A stretch of DNA of 64,000 nt from Lytechinus pictus (Eukaryota). The DNA lies in assembly GCF_037042905.1 (NCBI RefSeq), contig NC_087250.1:8744001-8808000 (forward strand). Direction: 5' to 3'. Both the position numbers and the translations under genes were made by a program. Within the stretch, counting starts at the first letter, position 1; every line of letters begins with the position of its first letter. Under the pieces are notes generated by a model. The model saw only the letters and a list, made by a program, of their open reading frames with translations. It had not been told where the DNA came from and made no database searches. This document shows, in pieces, positions 1 to 12,908 of this stretch.

Positions 1-689
1 CACAGCAGAACTCACAAATCATCTTTTTCTCAAAATTCTTACAGTAGGCCTACACATAATTCTGTTGTAATCATGGCAGCTTCTAAATATCCTAATGTAT
101 TAGCATCAAATTCAGCTACCGATAGGCAGTTGAAGTAAAGCTATTAGGAAATCAATTGCAGCTTTGATCATCCTGTGTTTATTAGCGCAGGGGGGGGGGG
201 GGCGTCTTCCTTGTCAATTTAGGAAGTCCATCGCGTCGAAGCCGGCTCCCTGTGGAAGTCACACAATAAGATTTCACAATCTGCAGGAAAGAAAAAAAAT
301 AAGGATAACATAGTTTAGTAGGTTTCACGGTACACCATGTATCTTTCTTGGGCTAGTGTTGGTCCTGAAAAGGACCACCCAATCTCGACGTTTCGGCAAG
401 TGTGTTCTTGTCGCTTGAGGAGAATGTCGTCCTGAAGACGTCTTCAGGAGAATTGTCATCCTTGGATTGCTGTTTATCATCAACAAATCTATTTCTTATC
501 CACTGACGATATGAATAGTGCTGATCTTGCACTTCCCTTTGCGCCATCTCCAAAATGACGCGCACTGCAGCGATGCACTGGCTCATTTACACTATTAGCA
601 CTACCTTTCTTTATCGTTAACGGCATCACATCCATCAAGCTCCATGAAATCGGATCAGGCTACATGTTGTTTCCTACAGTGCTTACATC

Positions 690-960
690 CATTACAAGGA
701 AGAGAACTCAGCGTATCTCTTCCATCATAGCACTCACACATTTCTGGGCGGCTCGGTACATGAGATAAAGCATCAGCATTTGCATGACTTAAAGTTGAAT
801 TGTGATTAGATCTCTAACCATCTAGCCATTTGATTGGATCGCTCTCGAAAGGACATTATCCACCTAAGAGCACTATGATCAGTTCTCACCACAAATTCAC
901 GTCCAAGTAGATAGTGCCGAAATTGATGAACGAAAGCCACTCTCGATTGCCTGTGGTCAT
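690..960 (-). mobile_element. Gypsy LTR-retrotransposon pol fragment (RNase H end), decayed
   Basis: FVHQFRHYLLGREFVVRTDHSALRW..NQMARWLE, then frameshifted HANADALSHVP; typical Ty3/Gypsy RNase H C-terminus. Confidence 0.85.
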
Positions 961-1249
961 GATAACAAAAAAGGGCACGAAGTTCAACTACAGTCAAGTA
1001 ATTTGAAGAGTTAAAAAAAGTTTCATGGCATCATTCATAACCCTTTTTTTTAATGTGTTAGATCAAAGTCTATAGTATATTGTTAAATTATATGTAAGGC
1101 CTAGACATCTTCAAGCTCAATAGATAAATCTATTTCTAATCTATCGCAGTGTTGAGAGTCACAGAAATTTTAATCACTCCTTCATCCACTTCACTTATGA
1201 TGACCTTAAACTAGGCCCTATCAATTATCAAATAGATGAAATTCTCTGT

Positions 1250-1590
1250 AATTACCTCATTTCGTAGCTGATACAAGGCTAAGGACCCTCTCCGTATCGT
1301 CCTAGAGGCCGTGGACAAATGTATGCCGTGTATTACGCTTGTGTTACTGGGCATCGAGGTTTCAAAATACCGTAGTGTTATGAACACTTGCAAGCTTGCA
1401 GGCAGGCACAATTCCGTCTTGTTTGATGTTCGATATGGGGAGCGAGTCTGTTGATGATATGAACGCATCCCTGTCTGGAAAGCTAGATGATTTGGTGTGT
1501 TTGTGTAGGCAAAAATGCTTCCTTCATCAGTGCCACCCGGGCCGGGTCATACCCTGGCTTCTATCCATTACGTTCTGATTTATTCGCTCT
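1250..1590 (-). mobile_element. PIF/Harbinger transposase N-terminal fragment, decayed
   Basis: LPASLQVFITLRYF..IHGIHLSTASRTIRR (HTH region of HARBI1-like nucleases); similar to 26339-26700. Confidence 0.75.
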
Positions 1591-1984
1591 TCAGTCGTGA
1601 AGAAGTGACCCCTCACCACCCTCCAATTGTCCTTTGCTCGCAATTAAGGCTGCTTGCAAAGAAGTGGGGATTATTGTGTTGACTGGTGGGAGAGATGGAA
1701 CAGGTTGCAAAGGAGGTGTAGAGGCACATTGAGCCTGGTGAGGGTGGGGCACTGACTGGGACTGCTTGGTTAATTCACCATTCATTTTCATTGTCGCCTC
1801 CCTTATTTTATTCATCGACCAATTGATTTCAACATAATTATGCATATCTCTTCATTTTACATTATTTTTTTTTTTTATTGTGATCCTTATTTTCTTCTTC
1901 TTGGACATGATTCTCTTTTCTATCATGACCCCCTTCTTCATCACGATCAATGAGGGGTTCTGCAAAATTGTGTATTGTTGGAAC

Positions 1985-2382
1985 CATTGAGTGCACAGTA
2001 TGTTCCAGGAGTCACAAAATGGCGGCAATGAACAGGTTACACATATCCAATTCTCATTTTGGTTTTGATACAGCCTAGTATATTCCTTTAAAGAGATCTC
2101 GAGACATTTAGTGTGATACCACTTTTGACAAGTGAAACACAACAGTCCATTTTGGTTATTTTTAACAGGTTTCTTGCAATGACCACAAGGGAATTTATAG
2201 TGCGGACCGGGATTTGTTTCAACGTCGCCAGACAATAAAAGACGAAAAAAGACTTGATTATGTGCCTGATATATTGTTGTTTGAAAGGTGGCCACGGAAT
2301 TATGATAATATAAAATTCGGGAGCGAAAGTATTTTACGCGCTTAAACGATTTGATAGTAACATTCAAAACCAGATGAGACAT
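1985..2382 (-). mobile_element. Non-LTR retrotransposon-type ORF with 2A-like peptide followed by a PHD finger
   Basis: RLLLSGDVETNPGP (DxExNPGP) at 2203-2244, immediately followed by CGHC..CFTC.KWYHTKC..WICVTC (C4HC3). Confidence 0.85.
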
Positions 2383-2644
2383 GGAAAGAACATAAACGTG
2401 AAATTAGAAAATAATAGAAAACAAAATTCATGACATATATGTCAGCCACGCACACAAACACACACACACACCCTCACACACTCACACAAACGAGTTTTAC
2501 ATAGTCTAGGCCTACATCTTATTCATTGACTCGGCCAAAGTATATAATGTCCTGGAGGGTCCATGAAGCACTTGTATAGTACGCTTGCATCTACCACGTC
2601 CAAAAGTGAGAATGACTGTAGCTGGTATAAATGCAGTTTTTGTG

Positions 2645-2840
2645 TTAGCAAGAAATTGATCCACAGTGTGCTGCACTCAACCCAGGTGAGGTAAATGGGT
2701 AACCTAGCTGGCAGGAATTTATTCCTTGAAACGCTGAACACGTAACAGCTGCTCTGCTAAAGCCAGGGTAGTTCTGCTGCATTACTGAAGAGCGCTTAGA
2801 GACTTCTGATGTTAAGCGCTATATAAGCAAGTGTAATTAT
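2645..2840 (+). mobile_element. tRNA-SINE, 5'-truncated copy
   Basis: gtgctgcactcaacccaggtgaggtaaatgggt..ggcaggaatttattcc..ctaaagccagggta; matches the SINE halves at 36262-36395 and 53755-53905. Confidence 0.75.
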
Positions 2841-3369
2841 TACAATTCTGATGCTGTTAAAAAAACACAAGGAATACGTCTGATGCGGAAGACTACAGCT
2901 TCTAGGACACACCATGGACTAGAGTAGTAGGTCCATGGACACACACATGCGTAGAGAGACAGAGCGAGAGAAAATAAAACAATATCGACGAGGTCATCAG
3001 GATAAAAGAATGTTAATAGTCCTAGTGTAAGCAGGGAAGTGAGAGTGATAATGTGCATAGACAAATGTGTGCAGAAAAGTGTGGACAAAAATAGGAGAGA
3101 ACATCCAAACGGCAAAAATAGATGATTGCGTATATGTGGTGATAGAACTGAAAGTATTTTATATAACTGTTATTGTTAGTGCCAAAAACTCCCTTTGTGT
3201 AGGACAAATTTATTACTCAATATTGTGGCTGATTGGACATCAAAGGGCTGCGCCTTGTAGAGGTAGCTGCATGCATGCATGCATGCATGCATGTACTCAA
3301 ACAACAGTGAGTAGGTAGCAAAATGAAACACAAAATATCCTCATACGAAAACGGTCACATAATCCAAGA

Positions 3370-3920
3370 AAAAGCACGTTCAAAGAGCGGTGGCCATGGC
3401 AATGGAACGCAAGAGACAAAAACTCAATGATGACATGGATAAGCGTGAAAATAAATTGCGTGAAATTCTTGATGAAAAGCTCACTAGTCTACAGGTTCTT
3501 GAAATATCTATCGATACTAAATGAAGCAACTCCGTGATTTTGAAAAATCGGTTTCTGATAACATGACTAACACCATAATGCTTTGTCAAATAGGCTTGAC
3601 CACATCGAGCAGTACTCCTGTCGCAATAATATCCGTATCCGTACGAGATTGTTCGAAATATAGCAAAGCAGATTGGTATCGATCATACTCCATGCGACAT
3701 TGATCGATCCCATCACCTTTGCCGACCAACTAGCAGTCATGATGTTCAACCCCAAGGATCATACCCCGGCATGGCCCTGTAATGCCAACTTAGCAGCTCC
3801 ACCAATCAATGTGAAATTCACTTCATACAGGCCGAAACGAACGATGATAAAAAATAGAAGAAAATTAAAATGCTCAGGAACAGATGACTGGGTGCAGGCA
3901 GGCAAGGCAGTTCAGGTGGG
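3370..3920 (+). mobile_element. LINE ORF1 fragment (coiled coil + RRM type), decayed
   Basis: Coiled-coil segment, EQYSCRNNIRI, and PINVKFTSYRPKRTMIKNRRKLKCSG across frameshifts. Confidence 0.7.
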
Positions 3921-4909
3921 ATGAAAATTTATTGGCAGGACACCTTCCGTTTCAAATTACAGCATCTGCAAAAATAACAGAAGAGGAGATACATAAAAAC
4001 CTTTTCTACATAAACTATTTATTAATCTTCATTAAAAACTAGATGGTTTCAATATTAATTTCCAATTTATTTCAAATGATTAAAAAACGATGTGGGGTTT
4101 GTTACATATTTTATACTTCAAATATTAACATGTAAAGTCAAGTCGGGGGGGGGGGGCATGATGCCCTCAAGACCTTTAACCATCTCTGTATGAGGAAGGA
4201 AATTTTAGAATCAATTTATTTGACACATACATGTAGAACATATTATTTTTTTATAATTACGATTTTAATTCATGCCTTTTTTTGTGTGTTTTAAATGGTT
4301 ATGGGGTTGTCAGGACTGAGAATTTGAACTTCGAGGCCGAAATACAGCCATTCCCTATGCCTGATTTGGCTTAAACTCAGGTCAAGGGTCAATAAAATGT
4401 ATATTTTGCAAAAAAATCCGACAAATTTTGAGGTGAAATTAGTTTTCTGGCATCGCGAGATCGACCAATGCAAAATTTTATTAGCGCCAATTTACCATCT
4501 AAACTTGTCATTGAAATTAGAACGTCCAAACCGATCCACTACGTCAGCCTGGAATCTAGTACCAGTACTAGCACAATCAATCAGCTATGCATGTGCACCA
4601 ATTCTGTATTTCTTGCATACGTACGTCACTCGATTTAAAGTTCATGTCATTGCGTTATATAGCGTGAGAATTGTAAGAAAGTGATCCTTCAAAATTTTTA
4701 CCTTCCTACGATTAACATTTTTTAAGCCTTTGTATGCATTTAGAGTACAAAAGCTTACAAATTGGACAAATTAAATGTTTGCCCCAAAATTATTGTGGGA
4801 AAGGTGGATTTTTTAGGGAAATCCATCTTAGTGTACAAAGTTCTACAGGCATAATCTGGTCATAATATTTACTTGTCGTAAATTGGTCAGTAAATGACGT
4901 TGTAATCAT

Positions 4910-5380
4910 GTCATAATCTGGAATGGCACTTGATATTCTTCTCTGGCTAGACTTGTCTGCACTAGAATGAAACATTTCCACTAGGCATTTTCCTGCTGGT
5001 TGACAACCAAGATGCTCATTTAGCCAGCCCAAGATTTCAGTGACATGTGATATGGTCCTGTATAAGTTGAAATAAAGAAAGAACAAAAAAGAGTAAAGAA
5101 TTTGCATTTCCATTATCATTTCCCATCAGGATGATATTCAGGATTGCATTGTATATGAGGTAGGCTAGGAGGATACGTTGCACACCTGGAAGGTCTATAC
5201 CCAGACCAAAGAAGACTGTTGCCACGTCTCTGTGTTTTATCATCAGGAATGGCACTTATTATTATTCTTAGGCTTGACACATCTGTGCTGGCATGAAACG
5301 TTTCCACTAGCCATTTTCCTTCTTGTCGACAACCAAGTTGCTCATTTAGCCAGCCCAAGATTTTGGTGACTTGTGTGATG
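4910..5380 (-). pseudogene. RecQ-like SF2 helicase fragments, partly duplicated
   Basis: LVEMFHSSAD/LVETFHAST (motif IV-like) in two ~130-bp copies; VATVFFGLGIDLPGVQRI resembles RecQ motif V ATxAFGMGID. Confidence 0.55.
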
Positions 5381-5560
5381 CTCTTGTATGAATTCCTTCA
5401 TCACACTGTGGTGGAATTAACACTGGAACCGTCCTTCCTCTCTTTCCTCTTGTGTAGAAAACTGTAAGGTTCTGCGTTAAGTGTTGCTCCAGAGGGGAGA
5501 GGTTCTGCTTGATCTCTTTCGTAGTTGATCGCCTCGTTCTCTGTGTGTATGATTTTAATC
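5380..5560 (-). mobile_element. Fragment of a probable tyrosine-recombinase-like TE protein
   Basis: LSPLEQHLTQNL..TRGKRGRTVPVLI; recognised from repetitive metazoan YR-like ORFs, family uncertain. Confidence 0.4.
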
Positions 5561-5847
5561 TAAAGAACAAAAAAAAGATAGAAAAAGAAAAGAAATAGAC
5601 AAATTATGATCTATTCTTTTAAAAGAAAGCGTGCCTGCTTCAGGGGCTGAAGCCCACTTGTCTCCGCCAGGGGCTCCGCCGTGGTTCCTTCAAATTCAAA
5701 TTTATCATAAAAACACATTACAAAATTTATAAAGTGAGATAAAAAGTAAGAATTAGGATGACAAAACATAATGAGAGTGTAAGGGGTAGCAGAAAGGAAG
5801 AGATTCCTTGTATAATTGCTACCCCCAACAAAATCCTCAAGTTACGA

Positions 5848-6365
5848 ATTATTGTAATAAACACAGCCAATCAGGATGACAGTTCCATGAAATGGAGCTC
5901 GAAGTTCTTGTAGTTAATGCTGTCAAGACCAACATCAAAGAGGTCATCAGGGGATTTAATCGTTTTGAATTCATCAAGTTATTGTAATAAACACAAGCCA
6001 ATCAGGATGACAGTTCCGTGAAATGGAGCTCGAAGTTCTTGTAGTTAATGCTGTCAAGACCTACATCAAAGAGGTCATCAGGGGATTTAATCGTTTTGAA
6101 TTCATCAAGTTATTGTAATAAACACAAGCCAATCAGGATGACAGTTCTATGAAATGGAGCTCGAAGTTCTTGTAGTTAATGCTGTCAAGACCAACATCAA
6201 AGAGGTCATCAGGGGATTTGATCGTTTTGAATTCATCAAGTTATTGTAATAAACACAAGCCAATCAGGATGACAGTTCCATGAAATGGAGGTGTTCTTGT
6301 AGTTAATGCTGTCAAGACCAACATCAAAGAGGTCATCAGGGGATTTAATCGTTTTGTATTCATCA
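5848..6365. repeat. 131-bp tandem repeat, 4 copies, derived from a LINE ORF1 3' end
   Basis: aagttattgtaataaacac recurs at 5976, 6107 and 6238. Confidence 0.9.
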
Positions 6366-6517
6366 TTAGTGAGCTTGCATACAATGTTGCCGTTGCTAGT
6401 TGATACTCTCTTCACATGGGGACTGGACTTTGCCGCATGGAGGACAGCAAGTCTCATTGGGGTGATGTCTTCATTGGTAACAGTAAATCTTTTCAAAATG
6501 AACGAATCTTTGTTCAT
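6236..6517 (-). mobile_element. LINE ORF1 C-terminal fragment
   Basis: NEDITPMRLAVLHAAK..VKRVSTSNGNIVCKL..IKSPDDLF. Confidence 0.65.
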
Positions 6518-6769
6518 TTTTGTTTAAAATTTCACCTATCTGATTCTTAGAATTTTTAATCACATTTCTGCGCTCAGTCATCCACTTATCTCACTTATTG
6601 ATCTTTGTCCAATACACACACTCCTATTCCTTCCATAAATGAGTTTACTTGAGCGAGAAAAAAAATGAAACACATGAAAACAACATATACATTTGTATTT
6701 ATTAATGTAATTTAATATGTATTAATGAATACAAATAAATAGATAAACACACACACACATATATATCTT

Positions 6770-9700
6770 CCTATCACAGCTACATGAAGATACATGTAAT
6801 TTCATCTTCCTCTCACAGTTACATGAAGATAATTTTATCTTCGTTACACAGCTACATGAAGATAATTTCATCTTCCTCTCACAGCTACATGAAGATAATT
6901 TCATCTTCCTCTCACAGCTACATGAAGATAATTTCATCTTTGTTACACAGCTACATGAAGATAATTTTATCTTCGTTACACAGCTACATGAAGATAACTT
7001 CATTTTCCTCTTACAGCTACATGAAGATAATTTCATCTTCGTTACACAGCTACATTAAGATAATGTCATCTTCCTCTTTCAGCTACATGAAGATAACTTC
7101 ATTTTCCTCTTACAGCTACATGAAGATAATTTCATCTTCGTTACACAGCTACATTAAGATAATTTCATCTTCCTCTTTCAGCTACATGAAGATAATTTCA
7201 TCTTCGTTACACAGCTACATGAAGATAATTTCATCTTCCTCTCACAGCTACATGAAGATAATTTCATCTTTGTTACACAGCTACATGAAGATAATTTCAT
7301 CTTCGTTACACAGCTACATGAAGATAACTTCATTTTCCTCTTACAGCTACATGAAGATAATTTCATCTTCGTTACACAGCTACATGAAGATAATTTCATC
7401 TTCCTCTCACAGCTACATGAAGATAATTTCATCTTCCTCTCACAGCTACATGAAGATAATTTCATCTTTGTTACACAGCTACATGAAGATAATTTTATCT
7501 TCGTTACACAGCTACATGAAGATAACTTCATTTTCCTCTTACAGCTACATGAAGATAATTTCATCTTCGTTACACAGCTACATTAAGATAATTTCATCTT
7601 CCTCTTTCAGCTACATGAAGATAATTTCATCTTCGTTACACAGCTACATGAAGATAATTTCATCTTCCTCTCACAGCTACATGAAGATAATTTCATCTTT
7701 GTTACACAGCTACATGAAGATAATTTCATCTTCGTTACACAGCTACATGAAGATAACTTCATTTTCCTCTTACAGCTACATGAAGATAATTTTATCTTCG
7801 TTACACAGCTACATGAAGATAATTTCATCTTCCTCTCACAGCTACATGAAGATAATTTCATCTTCCTCTCACAGCTACATGAAGATAATTTCATCTTTGT
7901 TACACAGCTACATGAAGATAATTTTATCTTCGTTACACAGCTACATGAAGATAACTTCATTTTCCTCTTACAGCTACATGAAGATAATTTCATCTTCGTT
8001 ACACAGCTACATTAAGATAATTTCATCTTCCTCTTTCAGCTACATGAAGATAATTTCATCTTCGTTACACAGCTACATGAAGATAATTTCATCTTCCTCT
8101 CACAGCTACATGAAGATAATTTCATCTTTGTTACACAGCTACATGAAGATAATTTCATCTTCGTTACACAGCTACATGAAGATAACTTCATTTTCCTCTC
8201 ACAGTTACATGAAGATAATTTTATCTTCGTTACACAGCTACATGAAGATAATTTCATCTTCCTCTCACAGCTACATGAAGATAATTTCATCTTTGTTACA
8301 CAGCTACATGAAGATAATTTCATCTTCGTTACACAGCTACATGAAGATAACTTCATTTTCCTCTCACAGTTACATGAAGATAATTTTATCTTCGTTACAC
8401 AGCTACATGAAGATAATTTCATCTTCCTCTCACAGCTACATGAAGATAATTTCATCTTTGTTACACAGCTACATGAAGATAATTTCATCTTCGTTACACA
8501 GCTACATGAAGATAATTTCATCTTTGTTACACAGCTACATGAAGATAATTTCATCATCCTCTTTCAGCTACATGAAGATAATTTCATCTTCGTTACACAG
8601 CTACATTAAGATAATTTCATCTTCCTCTTTCAGCTACATGAAGATAATTTCATCTTCGTTACACAGCTACATTAAGATACATGTAATGTCATCTTCCTCA
8701 AAACAGGTTCATGGAGATATAATTTCATCTTCATTTAACACCTACATAAAGATAATTTCATCTTCGTTTAACAGCTGCATGAAGATAATTTCATCTTCCT
8801 CTAAACAGCTACATGAAGATAATTTCATCTTCCTCTAAACAGCTACATGAAGATAATTTCATCTTTCTCTAATAGCTACATGAAGATAATTTCATCTTCC
8901 TTAAACAACTATATGAAGATAATTTCATCTTCCTCTATTAGCTGCTACATGAAGATAATTTCATCTTCATTTAACAGCTACATGAATATTATTTCATCTT
9001 CCTCTAAACAGCTGCACGAAGATAATTTCATCTTCATTTAATGGCTACATGAAGATAATTTCATCTTCGTTACACAGCTACATTAAGATAATTTCATCTT
9101 CCTCTTTCAGCTACATGAAGATAATTTCATCTTCGTTACACAGCTACATGAAGATAATTTCATCTTCCTCTCACAGCTACATGAAGATAATTTCATCTTT
9201 GTTACACAGCTACATGAAGATAATTTCATCTTCGTTACACAGCTACATGAAGATAACTTCATTTTCCTCTTACAGCTACATGAAGATAATTTTATCTTCG
9301 TTACACAGCTACATGAAGATAATTTCATCTTCCTCTCACAGCTACATGAAGATAATTTCATCTTCCTCTCACAGCTACATGAAGATAATTTCATCTTTGT
9401 TACACAGCTACATGAAGATAATTTTATCTTCGTTACACAGCTACATGAAGATAACTTCATTTTCCTCTTACAGCTACATGAAGATAATTTCATCTTCGTT
9501 ACACAGCTACATTAAGATAATTTCATCTTCCTCTTTCAGCTACATGAAGATAATTTCATCTTCGTTACACAGCTACATGAAGATAATTTCATCTTCCTCT
9601 CACAGCTACATGAAGATAATTTCATCTTTGTTACACAGCTACATGAAGATAATTTCATCTTCGTTACACAGCTACATGAAGATAACTTCATTTTCCTCTC

Positions 9701-10740
9701 ACAGTTACATGAAGATAATTTTATCTTCGTTACACAGCTACATGAAGATAATTTCATCTTCCTCTCACAGCTACATGAAGATAATTTCATCTTTGTTACA
9801 CAGCTACATGAAGATAATTTCATCTTCGTTACACAGCTACATGAAGATAACTTCATTTTCCTCTCACAGTTACATGAAGATAATTTTATCTTCGTTACAC
9901 AGCTACATGAAGATAATTTCATCTTCCTCTCACAGCTACATGAAGATAATTTCATCTTTGTTACACAGCTACATGAAGATAATTTCATCTTCGTTACACA
10001 GCTACATGAAGATAATTTCATCTTTGTTACACAGCTACATGAAGATAATTTCATCATCCTCTTTCAGCTACATGAAGATAATTTCATCTTCGTTACACAG
10101 CTACATTAAGATAATTTCATCTTCCTCTTTCAGCTACATGAAGATAATTTCATCTTCGTTACACAGCTACATTAAGATACATGTAATGTCATCTTCCTCA
10201 AAACAGGTTCATGGAGATATAATTTCATCTTCATTTAACACCTACATAAAGATAATTTCATCTTCGTTTAACAGCTGCATGAAGATAATTTCATCTTCCT
10301 CTAAACAGCTACATGAAGATAATTTCATCTTCCTCTAAACAGCTACATGAAGATAATTTCATCTTTCTCTAATAGCTACATGAAGATAATTTCATCTTCC
10401 TTAAACAACTATATGAAGATAATTTCATCTTCCTCTATTAGCTGCTACATGAAGATAATTTCATCTTCATTTAACAGCTACATGAATATTATTTCATCTT
10501 CCTCTAAACAGCTGCACGAAGATAATTTCATCTTCATTTAATGGCTACATGAAGATAATTTCATCTTCCTTAAACAGCTTCATGAATATGATTTCATCTT
10601 AATTTTGATCAACATTAGCATAATTTCATCTTCCTTAAACAGCTCCATGCCTATAATTTCATATTCCTAAAACAGCTAAATTATGATAAATACATCTTCT
10701 CCAAAAAGCTACATGATGATAATTTTATCTCAGTTAAACA
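6770..10740. repeat. 33-bp satellite with 429-bp and 1500-bp higher-order structure
   Basis: Unit cagctacatgaagataatttcatcttc(ctct/gtta)ca; lines 7561/9061 and 8701/10201 are identical; divergent units at the right edge. Confidence 0.97.
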
Positions 10741-10879
10741 GAAGGAAGTTACTTATATGTCATTTAGAGGCTAAGATTTTCCTCTTTCCAACCCAGCTGA
10801 AGCAGGAAATGTGAAATTTGTTTCCTTGGTGGTGTTATGTGGGGTGAATTGCCACTTGGTTTACAACAACTTTGTATAA

Positions 10880-11420
10880 GGCCCATTTGGTCTGATCTCA
10901 CATGTTTTCTCAGGTACGCCATAGAATACCAAATTGTTCCTGCGGGCTCTGTTCCCCAAATCATCACTTTTTTGCGCCAAATCGACATTGACAGATTTCA
11001 GCTTGTCTACTTGCTTTTCAAGATCTGAGATAAGCATAGCACAGGAGGTCAATTTCTCTTCATGTTCACTCACCTAAGCAGTTAGTTCGGATACCTGATT
11101 GGCGATGACGTTTTGCATTCGAGATTCAAAGCTAACCATGTATTTTGTGAACCACGCCGGGGCCAGGGTCGGGGCAGGCGATAGTGAACCCTTGGAGGCC
11201 GCTGCACTCGTGTCTGCCTCGTCACATGTGTTCTCGTCTATCTTGGGTTTCTTTGAACTCGGGTTTTTGTCCTTTCCAGGTGATAATTGATTCTTCTTCC
11301 TATCCATCTTTATCCTGTAACTATCACACCGTAAGAAGGCTTCAAATTTAAACACTTTGTTGGATTTTGATCAGAGCGAAAAAGATTAGCTACATGCTTG
11401 GACGAAGTCACCTGGTCCCT
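10880..11420 (-). mobile_element. LINE 5' UTR and ORF1 N-terminal half, truncated
   Basis: MDRKKNQLSP..coiled coil..DDLGNRARRNNLVFYGVPE; in-frame TAG at 11074-11076. Confidence 0.8.
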
Positions 11421-11608
11421 CAAGTCTGGCAACACTTAAATGAAAATAGTCATGAAACGCCATGTTGATGGCTCCTCACATAATGCATGAAATGTCGAGG
11501 GGGGGCATCATGGCCAACCCTCCCCAGAGATTATTTGTGTTAAGATTACAAATTCAGATTAAAAAAAAAAATTAGAGGAAAATGACACTGAAAATATTCA
11601 GTGCTTAA

Positions 11609-12908
11609 AGGGGAATCCAGCCTTGGCCATAAAATGTTGTGTTGGGAAGGAGAAAAATAAATCAAACAGAATGGTGACAGTTTGAAAGAAATAGGACGAG
11701 CAATAAAAAAGTTATAGCTGCTTTAAAATTGAGATCACTAATACTATGTAGATTTCAAATTGGCAACTGGGTAAGTTGATTATGACAAGGGGCAAGGACA
11801 ACTTTCCCATAGGCCATGTACTTTATTAGGGATTTGTGGTTTTCTCTTAAGTACCCATTCCCCTCATTACGTCAAACCCCCGTTTGGAGAAAGACCGCAG
11901 TTCAGATTGCAAACTGCGGTTCTATACCCCATTTTGCGTTTGTAAATCCCAAAATCATTTCCAAGCCCAGGGGGCCGTTTCATAAAGCTGCTCGTAAGTT
12001 AAGAGCGACTTTAAGAACGACTGGTGATCCTTTCTCGCGCGCTAGATCTTCGCCAATGGTGTGTACCATTTACCGCAAGACAGGATCACCAGTCGCTCTT
12101 TATTTACGAACAGCTTTATGAAACACCCGCCTGATCAATCCTGCTAGGCCAGGTAATCCCCGCTGTCTCAATTTTACCTCCACAGGCCAGATTATGAGCG
12201 TTGAGCCAAGGACGAAATGATAAACAACAGCTGTGCTATTACGTAAGACTTCTCTGCCTGTAGTAGGACCTTCGGAATGAAATTATTGTATTCGATATTT
12301 AATCACGTTTTCAAATGCATATTGTATTCAGAAATCCAATGTTAGTCCATTTTCAAGTTCGAACGAAGAAAATCGACCTCGAAATAAGGAAAGTAAGTGA
12401 ATTAAAATGACTGCATGCTTTGCTCGGGCTGTTGTGTTATCTTCGGACCGAGGTCAAGAAACATGTGTTTTGATACTTAAATTGCTTGCTTGGGGCAGTT
12501 ATGGCTTGTCGTAGAGAATTGATTGAGGGAAACTGGGGTATAGTGTTTTCAAATGAAAGGTTTTCGTCATGTGGGAAAGTAATCTAAACATAACCCAGGT
12601 AGTATATTGTTTTATGTCCTCATGAACGAAAAATATAATTTGAAATAAAACTTTGGGGGAAAATGACATTTTTAGCCAAAATATGTATTGGAGTACATGG
12701 AAGAGTAGTCCTTGCCTTACATCACTAGGACATCCCATATGCAGCCAATTTGAAGTCTCCATGGGTATAGTGATTACAATATTTACAACTTTTAAAAATT
12801 CATAACTTTCTTGTTGTTTGTCCAATATTGTTCAAACTTTCACCTATCAACATGTCTGATTTTTCTTTTCCTTATAAAAACAAGTTTTTATTTGGGTTGG
12901 ATTCCCCT
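11609..12908. mobile_element. Kolobok-type non-autonomous element with internal insertions
   Basis: TTAA|AGGGGAATCCAGCC ... GGTTGGATTCCCCT|TTAA; a second copy starts at ~63609. Confidence 0.8.
11968..12133. mobile_element. Palindromic MITE nested in the Kolobok element
   Basis: gtttcataaagctgctcgtaa..cgactggtgatcc / ggatcaccagtcg..ttacgaacagctttatgaaac. Confidence 0.75.

Noticed and set aside
1..15. cacagcag as an EnSpm-like terminus
   Set aside because: At the window edge; no partner TIR or flank to test
6784..10338. 684-aa and 429-aa ORFs (and antisense Cys/Ser-rich ORFs)
   Set aside because: By-product of a stop-free 33-bp satellite open on both strands; no unique coding flanks
6770..10740. 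CRISPR-like regular repeat
   Set aside because: No unique spacers, no cas genes, eukaryotic context
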